A DNA stretch of 62,293 bases, filler included. It is 6 parts of 6 records of this genome, joined end to end, with 100 filler letters (N's around TTAATTAATTAA, not from the genome) between each part and the next. Parts side by side here need not be neighbours in the genome. Positions count along the whole stretch, not along the records: positions 33,135 to 48,873 come from SRR31156797_8726; positions 48,974 to 54,713 come from SRR31156797_8735; 4 more parts are not named here. One strand, 5' to 3'. Under the pieces are notes generated by a model. That model was given only the letters and a program-made list of their open reading frames with translations, searched no databases and was not told the DNA's origin. Position numbers and translations under genes: made by a program. Below are positions 39,274 to 49,026 of this stretch, piece after piece. How positions within the stretch are numbered: the first letter of the stretch is position 1; each line of letters opens with the position of its first letter.

Positions 39274-39295
39274 TATATCGAGATATCTTGATATA
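39274..39295. promoter_or_regulatory. SahR-type operator upstream of metH
   Basis: tATATCGAGA-TA-TCTTGATATa: 22-bp inverted repeat with one mismatch, resembling the Desulfovibrionales SahR motif ATATCAAG-N4-CTTGATAT. Confidence 0.75.
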
Positions 39296-39356
39296 AGAAT
39301 ACACCCTCTGCCAAAGGCAACGATGAAACCCTGCGGCAGGTCATACGGAGGATAGA

Positions 39357-41771
39357 GTGCCCGATTTCAGGTCCATACTCGACGACGACAGGATATATTT
39401 CTTTGATGGTGGTTACGGTACCTTGCTGCAAGGCAGGGGGCTTCCGGCCGGACTTTCCCCTGAGTTGTGGGGATTGAAGGAGCCAGATGTTATTCGTGGC
39501 GTGCATCAAGACTATTTGGATGCTGGTGCGAACGTTTTGACAACCAATACTTTTGGTGGCTCTCGTCCCAAGCTTGGCCTTGATGCTGATCCGTATGAGT
39601 TGAACAAAGCCATGACCCAGATCGCCCGAGAAGTAGCCGGTGACACAGCCTTTGTTGCTGCCTCCATCGGGCCTACAGGGCATTTCGTACAGCCGCTCGG
39701 TGACATGACTTTCCGCGAATTGGTGGACATATACAAAGAGCAGATCAAAGGGTGTGTTGACGGCGGTGCCGACCTTATTCTTGGTGAAACGCATTTTGAT
39801 CTGGCAGAAGCCCGGGCCGTGGTTATCGCTGCTCGTCTGGTGTGCGATCTGCCGGTGGCCATGTCTATGACATTCGAGGGACCGGCTTCTTTGACCGGGA
39901 CTTCTCCACTGACATTTGTCGATACCATGCAGAATATGGGCGTAGAACTTATCGGCACCAACTGTTCTGCTGGTCCAGAGCAGATGCATGAAACTCTGCG
40001 TTCCTGGCAGTGCCGCTTGGAGACCCCGACTTTTGCCGAGGCCAATGCGGGGCTTCCTGAATTGGACGACGATGGTAACACCTCTTTCCGTTTGCCGCCC
40101 GAACCGTTTGCTGAACAGGCGGTCGGGTTCGTGGACCTTGGTGCGAAGTTTATTGGTGGTTGTTGTGGAACCACCCCGGATCATATCCGTGCCTTGCGTG
40201 TCAAAGTGGGGGATACCCCATGGAAAAGACCGCAAAAGACCGACACTGCCCAGATGGTTTTGACTTCCCGGTCTGTCTCCGTACCGATTGGTTTCGACCA
40301 TCCCGGTGTAATCATTGGTGAACGCATCAACCCCACCGGTAAGAAGCAGCTTATCGCTGAATTGCAGGAAGGTGTATTCACCGAAGCTCACCGGTTTGCC
40401 ACTGAACAAATTGAACTCGGCGCACCTGTACTTGATGTCAACGTGGGCGCGCCCATGGTGAACGAAGTCGAGTTGCTGCCCGAGCTTGTTACCTCTTTGG
40501 TGGGCCGGTTCACTACGCCGTTGTCCATCGATTCCAATGACCCCAAGGCTGTTGAAGCCGGTCTGTGGAATTATCCAGGTTCGCCGTTGGTCAATTCCAT
40601 TTCCGGTGAACCCGGCAAGATGGAGGCGCTTGGTCCCTTATGTAAACTTTTTGGTGCTCCGTTTATTCTTTTACCGATCGTGGGCAACAAGTTGCCGGTC
40701 ACTGCCAAGGAGCGGCTGGATGTTATCGCTGATCTTTTAGGTCAGGCCGATAACCTAGGTATACCGCGCCGTCTGATTATGGTTGACGCTCTCGCCTTGA
40801 CTGTTTCTTCCAAACCAGAGGCGGCCCGTCACTCAATGGATGTCATGCGGCATTGTCGTGATGAATGGGGGTTGCCGACCACCATTGGATTGTCGAATAT
40901 TTCCTTTGGCTTGCCCGCTCGAGAGTTGCTCAATTCGACCTTTCTGAGCATTTCCATGGTCTCGGGGTTGTGTTCATTCATTTCCAATCCGAATTCAGAG
41001 CGTATTCAGGAAGCGTTACATGCCACCGAGGTGATGCTTAATCGTGATCCGCAAGCAGAGCGGTATATTGAGAAGTTTTCCGACTGGACCGGCGGCAGTG
41101 GTGCTGCCCAATCAGGATCAGCTCCTGCAAAAGGTGATGATACACAGGGCTTGCCTCCTGTGCAGGCAGCCGTGATCAAAGGCAACAAGGATGGCATCCT
41201 CGCACTCGTGGATGTCGAGTTGGAAGCTGGTACCAAAGCCATGGATATCGTCAACGACATGTTGATTCCCGGCATCTTGGTTGTGGGTGACAAGTATGAG
41301 AGGAAAGAATATTTCCTGCCGCAGCTTTTGCAGTCCGCAGAAACCATGCAAAATGCGTTTAAGCGGCTTCAACCGTTGCTCGAAGAGGACGGCGATGCAG
41401 GCGAAAAGCCCGTTGTCATCATGGCAACTGTCGAAGGTGATATTCACGACATTGGCAAGAACATCGTGTGTTTGATGCTCAAAAATTATGGGTTTGATGT
41501 GGTTGATCTTGGCAAGGATGTCTCTGCCGACAAAATCGTTGACGCTGCCGAGGAAAACGACGCGGCCATTATCGGATTGTCTGCGCTTATGACCACGACC
41601 ATGGTGCGCATGGAAGATACCGTGAAGCTTGTCGAAGAGCGCGGCCTGAAGGCTAAGGTCATCATCGGCGGGGCTGTTGTTACTGAAAAATTCTGTAACG
41701 CAATAGGTGCTGCCGGATGGTCCACTGACGCTGTCTCAGCCGTCAAGCTGGCGCAAAGATTGACGCAATAA
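39357..41771 (+). CDS. metH: Cobalamin-dependent methionine synthase lacking the C-terminal AdoMet reactivation domain
   Basis: Hcy domain (FDGGYGT, GTNCS, GGCCGTT), pterin domain (IGERINPTG), cap and B12 domain (GDIHDIGKN); ends at 804 aa. Confidence 0.9.
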   Translation: MPDFRSILDDDRIYFFDGGYGTLLQGRGLPAGLSPELWGLKEPDVIRGVHQDYLDAGANVLTTNTFGGSRPKLGLDADPYELNKAMTQIAREVAGDTAFVAASIGPTGHFVQPLGDMTFRELVDIYKEQIKGCVDGGADLILGETHFDLAEARAVVIAARLVCDLPVAMSMTFEGPASLTGTSPLTFVDTMQNMGVELIGTNCSAGPEQMHETLRSWQCRLETPTFAEANAGLPELDDDGNTSFRLPPEPFAEQAVGFVDLGAKFIGGCCGTTPDHIRALRVKVGDTPWKRPQKTDTAQMVLTSRSVSVPIGFDHPGVIIGERINPTGKKQLIAELQEGVFTEAHRFATEQIELGAPVLDVNVGAPMVNEVELLPELVTSLVGRFTTPLSIDSNDPKAVEAGLWNYPGSPLVNSISGEPGKMEALGPLCKLFGAPFILLPIVGNKLPVTAKERLDVIADLLGQADNLGIPRRLIMVDALALTVSSKPEAARHSMDVMRHCRDEWGLPTTIGLSNISFGLPARELLNSTFLSISMVSGLCSFISNPNSERIQEALHATEVMLNRDPQAERYIEKFSDWTGGSGAAQSGSAPAKGDDTQGLPPVQAAVIKGNKDGILALVDVELEAGTKAMDIVNDMLIPGILVVGDKYERKEYFLPQLLQSAETMQNAFKRLQPLLEEDGDAGEKPVVIMATVEGDIHDIGKNIVCLMLKNYGFDVVDLGKDVSADKIVDAAEENDAAIIGLSALMTTTMVRMEDTVKLVEERGLKAKVIIGGAVVTEKFCNAIGAAGWSTDAVSAVKLAQRLTQ

Positions 41772-41787
41772 AAGATGTCTCCGATGA

Positions 41788-41846
41788 CTGGGGGAAGGGG
41801 AGGAAAGAATCTTTCGAGAAAGGTCCTTTTCCTCTCCTTTCTCCAG
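41788..41846. terminator. Long imperfect hairpin (terminator or REP-like) after metH
   Basis: CTGGGGGAAGGGGAGGAAAGAATCTTT-CGAG-AAAGGTCCTTTTCCTCTCCTTTCTCCAG. Confidence 0.6.
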
Positions 41847-42033
41847 CCCATTCTTTTTCGCCTTCGTGAAAACTAAATAGAATATATCTATTCGAAATTC
41901 TTTTGTTATCGATTATTCGTCGGTGAGGAAGTCGCTTCTTTGCGTTCTGTGTCGGCAAGTGCTAGGACATCTGCGGCTGACAGGCATTCCTGCGGCTCAA
42001 AAAAAGAGGGGTTGCTCGCCCCGGAGATGAATT

Positions 42034-42831
42034 ATGCACAACGACGAGACCCAAGAGTTTCTGGCCTCACTTCCTGAATTGGAAGAGGGTAAGACATATT
42101 GTTTCAAATGTTATCCCGGCATTGAATGTTTCAATGATTGCTGTAGCGATCTGGATATGATCCTGACGCCGTATGACATTCTGCGTATGCGTGGGGCATT
42201 GGACATGTCCAGCATCGAATTTTTGCGTGTATATACAACCGGTCATCATGCGCCTGACACCAATTTCCCGGTGTTTAAATTCCGTATGACAGATGATAAG
42301 GCCCGGACTTGCGCCTTTGTTACTGACAAGGGATGTCGGATTTACAAAGATCGTCCCGGTGCATGTCGTATGTATCCGCTTGGTCGCGCCACCAAGCCCG
42401 ACGGGAAGGGCGGCGTGTCCGAACAATTCTTCATCGTCAAGGAAGATCACTGTAAAGGCTTTCTGGAAAAGGATGAATGGACTGGTTCTTCCTGGAAGAA
42501 AGATCAGGGATTTCAGGAATATACCGCACACAATGATCGGTACATGAACATTCTGTCCCGCATCAAGCAGGAAGGCCGTCCTGTCTCCGAAAAGATGAGC
42601 CATATGGCCACTCTGGCCCTGTATAAAGTCGACGAATTTCAGCGGTTCATCACGAAAATGCGTCTTTTTGAGCGTGTTGAGGTGGACGAAAAGCGTCAGA
42701 AAGCGATATTGGAAAACGAACATGTCGCTTTGGCCTTTGCCATGGACTGGTTCGAACTGATGCTGTTTCATGATACATCCAAGTTGAAAACCAAGGGAGT
42801 GACGCCGCGTGGGCCTGCCTGTAAATCCTAA
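42034..42831 (+). CDS. YkgJ family cysteine-cluster protein
   Basis: FKCYPGIECFNDCC, CAFV..GCRIYKDRPGACRMYP, HCKG. Confidence 0.9.
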   Translation: MHNDETQEFLASLPELEEGKTYCFKCYPGIECFNDCCSDLDMILTPYDILRMRGALDMSSIEFLRVYTTGHHAPDTNFPVFKFRMTDDKARTCAFVTDKGCRIYKDRPGACRMYPLGRATKPDGKGGVSEQFFIVKEDHCKGFLEKDEWTGSSWKKDQGFQEYTAHNDRYMNILSRIKQEGRPVSEKMSHMATLALYKVDEFQRFITKMRLFERVEVDEKRQKAILENEHVALAFAMDWFELMLFHDTSKLKTKGVTPRGPACKS

Positions 42832-43294
42832 ACTTATGTCCATTCGCACCTTCTTGAAAAAGAAGGCGGAGTTCATGCCCGGCCACAGGTTGGTCTTTAC
42901 CAACGGTTGCTTTGACGTGTTGCATCCCGGTCATGTTGATTTGCTGACGCGTACCCGTGCGCTCGGTGATTCCCTTGTTCTCGGTCTCAATTCCGATGAG
43001 TCCGTCAAGATGCTTGGCAAGGGGGATGATCGTCCTCTGAACAATCAGGATGAACGCGCGTTTGTTCTGGCAGGTTTGACCTGTGTGGATTATATCGTGA
43101 TTTTTCATGAGTCCACGCCTCTTGAGTTGATCAAGGCATGTCGTCCACAGGTTCTCGTCAAGGGTGGCGACTGGCCAGTAGATACTATCGTGGGCGCAGA
43201 TGTTGTGGAAAAAGCGGGTGGTGAGGTCCATAGCCTTCCCTTGCTCGAAGGATATTCGACAACGGACTTTTTTGAGAGAGTTCGAAACGGTTAA
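42809..43294 (+). CDS. rfaE2: D-glycero-beta-D-manno-heptose 1-phosphate adenylyltransferase
   Basis: VFTNGCFDVLHPGH, GLNSDESV, RP, LVKGGDW, GYSTT. Confidence 0.95.
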   Translation: MGLPVNPKLMSIRTFLKKKAEFMPGHRLVFTNGCFDVLHPGHVDLLTRTRALGDSLVLGLNSDESVKMLGKGDDRPLNNQDERAFVLAGLTCVDYIVIFHESTPLELIKACRPQVLVKGGDWPVDTIVGADVVEKAGGEVHSLPLLEGYSTTDFFERVRNG

Positions 43295-43305
43295 TTTAGG
43301 TAGTT

Positions 43306-44355
43306 ATGCAGAAATTCAAATTAGTCAGCATGGTCAAAGCCGCAGGTTGAGCGGCTAAGATCGCTCCAGGGGACCTGGAGACAGCACTTTCTGGACTGAA
43401 TGTCCGCCATGATGACCGCGTTCTTGCCGGAGGTCCCGGCGATAACGAGGACGCTGCCATTGTGTCTTTTCCCGCAGGGAAGGCGCTTGTGCAGACTGTG
43501 GATTTCTTTACGCCGGTGGTCAATGATCCTTACCAATTTGGACGTATTGCCGCTGCCAATGCCCTTTCTGATGTGTACGCCATGGGCGGTGAACCGTGGA
43601 CGGCCATGAACATCGTGTGTTTCCCGCCGACAAAATTACCGTTGGAAGTGCTGACCGCCATTCTTAAGGGCGGGCAGGACGCTGTGGACGAGGCCGGAGC
43701 CGTTGCAGCCGGTGGTCACAGTGTGGAAGACGATGAAATCAAGTTCGGGTTGGCTGTTTCCGGTGTCGTGGACCCTGATAATTTTGCGTCCAATCGGGGC
43801 GTGGAGCCGGGTGATGAACTGATTTTGACCAAGCCTATCGGGACCGGTGTGCTGGCTACCGCCGTCAAGGGTGAAATGCCGGGGTACGAACCGATGGAAG
43901 CATTGCTTTATGAAACCTGTGGTCGTCTCAACAAGGCTGGCGGTGCGGTTATTCGGGAGCTTGGTGTGAAAGGGGCGACGGATATCACTGGCTTTGGTCT
44001 TGGCGGTCATATGCTGGAATTGGCGGAGGCGAGTAACGTTCGTCTGGAATTACGTATGAAAAATGTTCCTTTGCTGCCCGGAGCCTTGGAAATGGCTTCC
44101 ATGGGTATGTTGCCTGCCGGATCCATTTGTAATCGTAATCACTACCTGCCCAAAGTGGATGTCGCCGATGGGTTGGACCCTATTCATTTTGATTTGATGT
44201 TTGACGCCCAAACCTCGGGCGGTCTGCTTTTGGCAGTCAAGCCGGACCAGCTTGATCAGGCTATGAACATGCTTATTCATGCCGGTGACGTCGCTGCCCA
44301 TGTCGGCAGGGCTTACGCAATTTCTCCCGGTCAGGCCTCGCTGGCAATCCTGTAA
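43306..44355 (+). CDS. selD: Selenide, water dikinase with in-frame selenocysteine (TGA 43348-43350)
   Basis: ATG at 43306 gives MQKFKLVSMVKAAG-U-AAKIAPGDL, in frame with the 43462 ORF (TVDFFTP, NALSDVYAMGG, GGHS, TDITGFGL, DAQTSGGLL). Confidence 0.95.
43364..43380 (+). promoter_or_regulatory. Candidate bacterial SECIS hairpin
   Basis: CTCCAGG-GGA-CCTGGAG, starting 13 nt 3' of the in-frame TGA. Confidence 0.7.
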
Positions 44356-44360
44356 TCGAG

Positions 44361-47300
44361 TCAGGCTTTTGTAGTTGTGGAGGATTGCGCCATTACGCGT
44401 TCGATTTCTTCCCGCAGTTTTTCCATATCAAACGGTTTCGCGATGTAGCCGTTCATTCCCGCTTCTATAAATCTATCTTTGTCTCCTTTCATGGCGTGTG
44501 CTGTCAGCGCGATAATAGGTATATCAATGTCCATATCCTGACGTATGACGCGGGTGGTTTCGACGCCGTCCAGTCCCGGCATCTGGATATCGGTCAGAAA
44601 GAGATCAAAGGCTTTATGTTTGAGTTTTTCCAAAGCCTTTTCACCGCTGTCGACGCACAAGGGAATGTGGCCGAATTTTATGAGAAGGCGTTCTACTACC
44701 ACCCGATTGACGCGTTCGTCTTCCGCCACCAGTATCGATAACCCTTCCTTTTGCAAGCAGTTTTCTTGGGTAGAGGAGCACAATGATGGCTCTGCAACCT
44801 GTTTGGCTTGAATGGTAAATGTGATCATTGTGCCTTCATTCTCGCGGCTTTCAACGTACAAATTTCCATTCATGAGCGAGACCAGCCGGTGTACAATGCC
44901 CAAACCAAGCCCAGTACCTTGATATTTGCGTGTCGTTGATCCGTCTGCTTGGGTAAAAGGGTCGAAAACATCCGAGATTTTGTCGGCGGGAATTCCAATG
45001 CCTGTGTCTGTCACCTGGAAAAAAATGCTGACAATGTCGTCTTCTGAATTTGAATGCAGAGGGTAGGCTTCAACATGTATGGAGCCTTGGTCTGTGAATT
45101 TGGCAGCATTGCCGACCAGATTGAATAATATTTGCCGGAGTCGTCCTTTATCAGCTTCGAAAAAACGAGGAAGGTTTGGATCAATGGTCCACGCCATCTT
45201 GAGGCCACGTTCTTCGACGTCGAGTCGGAAGGTTCCAATCACGGAATCGAGCATTTCTCCTAGTTCGAATTCGCTTTCTTCCAATTCCAGTTTGCCGGAC
45301 TCAACCTTGGAGAGGTCAAGGATGTCATTGAGAATTTGTAAGAGATTGCGGCCCGAATTAAGTGCTGTATTAAGATAATCCTGTTGCGCTATTTCCATAG
45401 AGGTAAGCTGCAATAATTGCATCATGCCGAGCAGGCCGTTGAGCGGAGTCCTGATTTCGTGGCTCATGTTTGCTAGAAATTCATTCTTTGAAAGGCTGGC
45501 AGCTTGTGCTTCCACCATGGCGTGTTCCAGTTCTACGGCCATGGTTTTGAGCTCCGTGATATCCGTCCCCATGTGCATATGGACCAATTTCCCGCGCAAC
45601 CATTCGATTGCACTATCATAATTAAGATACCATGTTTTGTGTTCATCGCTATATCGTTCTGAAACGAAAGTTCCAGCAGGCTTGCCGTTTTCGTCAATGA
45701 TTTTGCCCTTGGCGCAGATTTCACATTTTGTGTCGCGGCCGCGGACGTGTTGATAGCAGGTGGTGGTATCGTCGCACGGACCAAATCTGTCTTTCATGTG
45801 AGCATTCATGAAGAGAATTTCATCGGTTTCCAAATCGGAAACATAAATGTAGGCACTCATGCCATCGAGAATGGTCAACAGTCTCTCATGGGCTTGTTTG
45901 ACCTCGGTTATATCCGCAACCATGGCAAAAGCACCCAAATGATCTCCATCTTCTGAAGTCAGAGGTGAAGCGGACACCAAACCCCAGACCACGTGGCCCT
46001 CTTTGTGGACGAATTGTCGCTCATAGCGGTTACGTTTGCCGTGCAATACTTCCCCTGCACGTTTTTTGAAGTCTCCCAATTCTTGGGGCAAAAGGAACTG
46101 TGTGTATCTTTTCCCGATAACATCTACTGCATCATAGCCGAGAAATTTCGCCATGATGTCGTTGACATATGTGATACGCCAGTCGGTATCCAACCCCACA
46201 ATACCTTCATTGGCAGTTTCCACGATGAGGCGGTATTGTTCCTGCGTTTTTTTTCTGGCTTCTTCTGCATAGCGTGAATTGGTAACGTCTCTGGCATAGA
46301 CCGCAATAGTAGTTACTTCGTTTCCGTCGAGCACGGGGTAGATAACGCTTTCCAGCATTCTGCCGCCCCAGACCGTATCTTCGGTCACAGGTTCTCCCGC
46401 TGTCTTAACTTTGGTAAAAGCTTTTTTGACGGTATTTGCCAGCATGTCTGGCATGAAATCATATATGTTGCAGCCGATGGCCTGTTCCACTGAACGACCG
46501 AGGATATCCGCCAAGGTCTGGTTTGCAGCGAGGATGGTGCCTTTGAGTTCAAATAGGCCAACCGGTTCCGTAATAGCGTCCAATAGGGCGCGAACTGAGT
46601 GTTGACTCTTTTTGAGTTTCTCTTCCATTTTCTTTCGGTCAGAAATATCACGAGAGGAGCCGACAGATCCGAGCCATTTGCCGGACGTATCCCACAGGGC
46701 TTTGATAACTGATTCGACCCAAATAGTAGATCCGTCCTTACAAAAAAGTTCCAATTCTATTCGTGTAATTGTGACATCATCACCTAGAAGGGCTTTTTCG
46801 CGAGCCTCGTCGAAAGCGACTTTAAGTCGAGTTTTGGACTCAAGAGGCATGGCTTTTTCACCGTGACTCCCGACGATTTCCTCCGGGGAAAATCCGCGCT
46901 GGCGTTTTACCGATGGACTGACATACGTGTATATGAAATCTGGACCCATGGCCCAAATAACGTCATCCGTATTTTCTGCCATGAATAGGTAGCGCTCGTG
47001 CGACTTAATTGCTTCAAATTCAGCGTTTTTTTGGGCTGTGAGATCACGGACTGTTCCCCATGTTCCGCCTTTGATCTGACTATTGGGGCAGTCCCATAAA
47101 TTGACCTGAACCTGAATACGGTGTCCATCCGCCCGCACTAATTCTTTTTCAAATTCAATATCGCTTTCTTCGCTACTCAATATATTGCGAATGAATTTGG
47201 CTTCAGCTTCACGATTTTCAGGCGGAGCGAAATCCAGGGGAGTTTTGCCGATCAACTTTTCGGCAGGGTATCCCAGCATGGTGCAAAAAGCTGGGTTTAC

Positions 47301-47459
47301 CTTGAGGATGACACCTTCGGGATTGGTGTAAACGAGGCCGTCGCTGCTGGATTCGAACAACGCTTTGAAGCATCCGTCAGTCAACTCGAATTCTTTAATC
47401 TTTTCCTGACAGGATTGTTCGGTGGCGGGCTGGCCTTGAGGCGTTGTTTCTTGGGTCAT
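44361..47459 (-). CDS. Multi-PAS hybrid sensor histidine kinase / response regulator
   Basis: About five PAS/PAC repeats, H-box FLANMSHEIRTPLNG, NLVGNAAKFT, DTGIG, GTGLGL, receiver LVAED..DIQMP..KP. Confidence 0.95.
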   Translation of the reverse strand: MTQETTPQGQPATEQSCQEKIKEFELTDGCFKALFESSSDGLVYTNPEGVILKVNPAFCTMLGYPAEKLIGKTPLDFAPPENREAEAKFIRNILSSEESDIEFEKELVRADGHRIQVQVNLWDCPNSQIKGGTWGTVRDLTAQKNAEFEAIKSHERYLFMAENTDDVIWAMGPDFIYTYVSPSVKRQRGFSPEEIVGSHGEKAMPLESKTRLKVAFDEAREKALLGDDVTITRIELELFCKDGSTIWVESVIKALWDTSGKWLGSVGSSRDISDRKKMEEKLKKSQHSVRALLDAITEPVGLFELKGTILAANQTLADILGRSVEQAIGCNIYDFMPDMLANTVKKAFTKVKTAGEPVTEDTVWGGRMLESVIYPVLDGNEVTTIAVYARDVTNSRYAEEARKKTQEQYRLIVETANEGIVGLDTDWRITYVNDIMAKFLGYDAVDVIGKRYTQFLLPQELGDFKKRAGEVLHGKRNRYERQFVHKEGHVVWGLVSASPLTSEDGDHLGAFAMVADITEVKQAHERLLTILDGMSAYIYVSDLETDEILFMNAHMKDRFGPCDDTTTCYQHVRGRDTKCEICAKGKIIDENGKPAGTFVSERYSDEHKTWYLNYDSAIEWLRGKLVHMHMGTDITELKTMAVELEHAMVEAQAASLSKNEFLANMSHEIRTPLNGLLGMMQLLQLTSMEIAQQDYLNTALNSGRNLLQILNDILDLSKVESGKLELEESEFELGEMLDSVIGTFRLDVEERGLKMAWTIDPNLPRFFEADKGRLRQILFNLVGNAAKFTDQGSIHVEAYPLHSNSEDDIVSIFFQVTDTGIGIPADKISDVFDPFTQADGSTTRKYQGTGLGLGIVHRLVSLMNGNLYVESRENEGTMITFTIQAKQVAEPSLCSSTQENCLQKEGLSILVAEDERVNRVVVERLLIKFGHIPLCVDSGEKALEKLKHKAFDLFLTDIQMPGLDGVETTRVIRQDMDIDIPIIALTAHAMKGDKDRFIEAGMNGYIAKPFDMEKLREEIERVMAQSSTTTKA

Positions 47460-47613
47460 GTCCGTCTGTTTCCCCTTGGATGGTGCATCCTTTGTGTAGT
47501 CGTCGAGAAGTATACTTTTTTTATCACAAAGACCAATTATTTTCCTTGTGACTTGATGCAAAGGACGATGGTGGGTAGTATGCTCACAAACTGAAAATAC
47601 AAGGGGGCAGGCG

Positions 47614-48813
47614 ATGAAATCAGATCAATACATTTTACTTGAAGATGAGTTTGGCGCGCATAATTACAAACCTCTTGATGTGGTTATTGAACGGGGCGAT
47701 GGTATTTGGGTTTGGGACGTTGACGGGAATAAGTATATGGATTGTCTTTCAGCCTATTCAGCCGTGAATCAGGGGCATTGCAACCCCAAAATTCTGGCCG
47801 CCATGTCTGAGCAGGCCAAGAAACTTACCCTGACGTCCCGTGCTTTTCGTAATGACCAACTTGGTCCTCTTTATAAAGAGCTGTGTGACCTGACAAATTC
47901 TCATAAGGTACTTCCCATGAATTCCGGCGCAGAAGCCGTCGAAACTGCCATTAAAGCCGTTCGAAAGTGGGGGTATCAGGTTAAGGGTGTTCCTGAAAAC
48001 AAAGCAGAAATTATTGTCTGCCGGAACAATTTCCATGGAAGGACTATCACCATCGTTTCCTTCTCCACTGATCCTGTTTCCACCACGGGCTTCGGTCCGT
48101 TCACGCCTGGTTTTAAGGTCGTCGATTTTGGAGACGCCGCCGCCTTTGAAGCTGCGATCAACGACAACACTGTGGCGTTTCTTGTGGAACCCATACAGGG
48201 AGAGGCGGGAGTTATCATTCCTCCTGACGGATACCTCAAGGATATTCGTCGTATCTGCGATGAAAAGGGTATTGTTCTCATTTTTGACGAGATTCAGACT
48301 GGTCTTGGGCGTACTGGTGCGCTTTTGGCTGAAGAACATGAAGGTGTCGAAGCAGACCTCACCCTTATCGGCAAAGCCCTTTCCGGTGGTTTTTATCCGG
48401 TCTCTGCCGTTCTCTCCAATACCGAGGTACTCGGCGTGCTTAAGCCCGGTGAACATGGTTCTACCTTTGGCGGCAATCCGCTTGCCTGTGCAGTGGCTCG
48501 GACTGCGCTCAAGGTGCTCGTTGAGGACAAGCTCATTGAGAACGCGCAGAAAATGGGCGAGTATTTCATGGAAGGGTTGCGAAAAATCAAGAACCCTAAA
48601 ATTAAAGAAGTGCGTGGGCGTGGCCTGCTTATTGGTGTGGAATTTCATCACAACGCAGGTGGCGCGCGGCAATATTGCGAAAAGCTCAAGGATGCCGGAT
48701 TACTTTGCAAGGAGACCCACGAAACCATTATTCGGTTCGCTCCGCCGCTTGTTATTACTAAAGCTGACATCAATTGGGCCCTTGAACGAATTGTGCCCAT
48801 TTTGAGTCTGTAA
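47614..48813 (+). CDS. rocD: Ornithine--oxo-acid transaminase
   Basis: [56 protein letters not shown]. Confidence 0.95.
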   Translation: MKSDQYILLEDEFGAHNYKPLDVVIERGDGIWVWDVDGNKYMDCLSAYSAVNQGHCNPKILAAMSEQAKKLTLTSRAFRNDQLGPLYKELCDLTNSHKVLPMNSGAEAVETAIKAVRKWGYQVKGVPENKAEIIVCRNNFHGRTITIVSFSTDPVSTTGFGPFTPGFKVVDFGDAAAFEAAINDNTVAFLVEPIQGEAGVIIPPDGYLKDIRRICDEKGIVLIFDEIQTGLGRTGALLAEEHEGVEADLTLIGKALSGGFYPVSAVLSNTEVLGVLKPGEHGSTFGGNPLACAVARTALKVLVEDKLIENAQKMGEYFMEGLRKIKNPKIKEVRGRGLLIGVEFHHNAGGARQYCEKLKDAGLLCKETHETIIRFAPPLVITKADINWALERIVPILSL

Positions 48814-48814
48814 A

Positions 48815-48873
48815 GCCTTCGGGCCTACCGGCGGTCGCTTTCCGCGGGACCAGGACGCTGTCCTGGACCTGCC
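48815..48873. repeat. Probable start of a REP-like palindromic element at the contig end
   Basis: Short GC-rich hairpins (GCC-TTCG-GGC; CCAGGAC-GCT-GTCCTGG) right after the rocD stop; the assembly breaks here. Confidence 0.4.
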
Positions 48874-48973
48874 NNNNNNNNNNNNNNNNNNNNNNNNNNN
48901 NNNNNNNNNNNNNNNNNTTAATTAATTAANNNNNNNNNNNNNNNNNNNNNNNNNNNNNNNNNNNNNNNNNNNN
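48874..48973. other. Artificial contig spacer
   Basis: 44 N + TTAATTAATTAA + 44 N. Confidence 0.99.
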
Positions 48974-49026
48974 CTGAGCCTACAATTAAAATATTCATCG
49001 GTATCTTTTATATGGTATTACTTAAA

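Noticed and set aside
39100-39356. SAM or cobalamin riboswitch upstream of metH
   Set aside because: No S-box or B12-box core is recognisable; a protein-operator palindrome explains regulation better.
43296-43461. selD as a pseudogene, or starting at 43462
   Set aside because: The in-frame TGA falls exactly at the catalytic Cys/Sec position and is followed by a SECIS-like hairpin.
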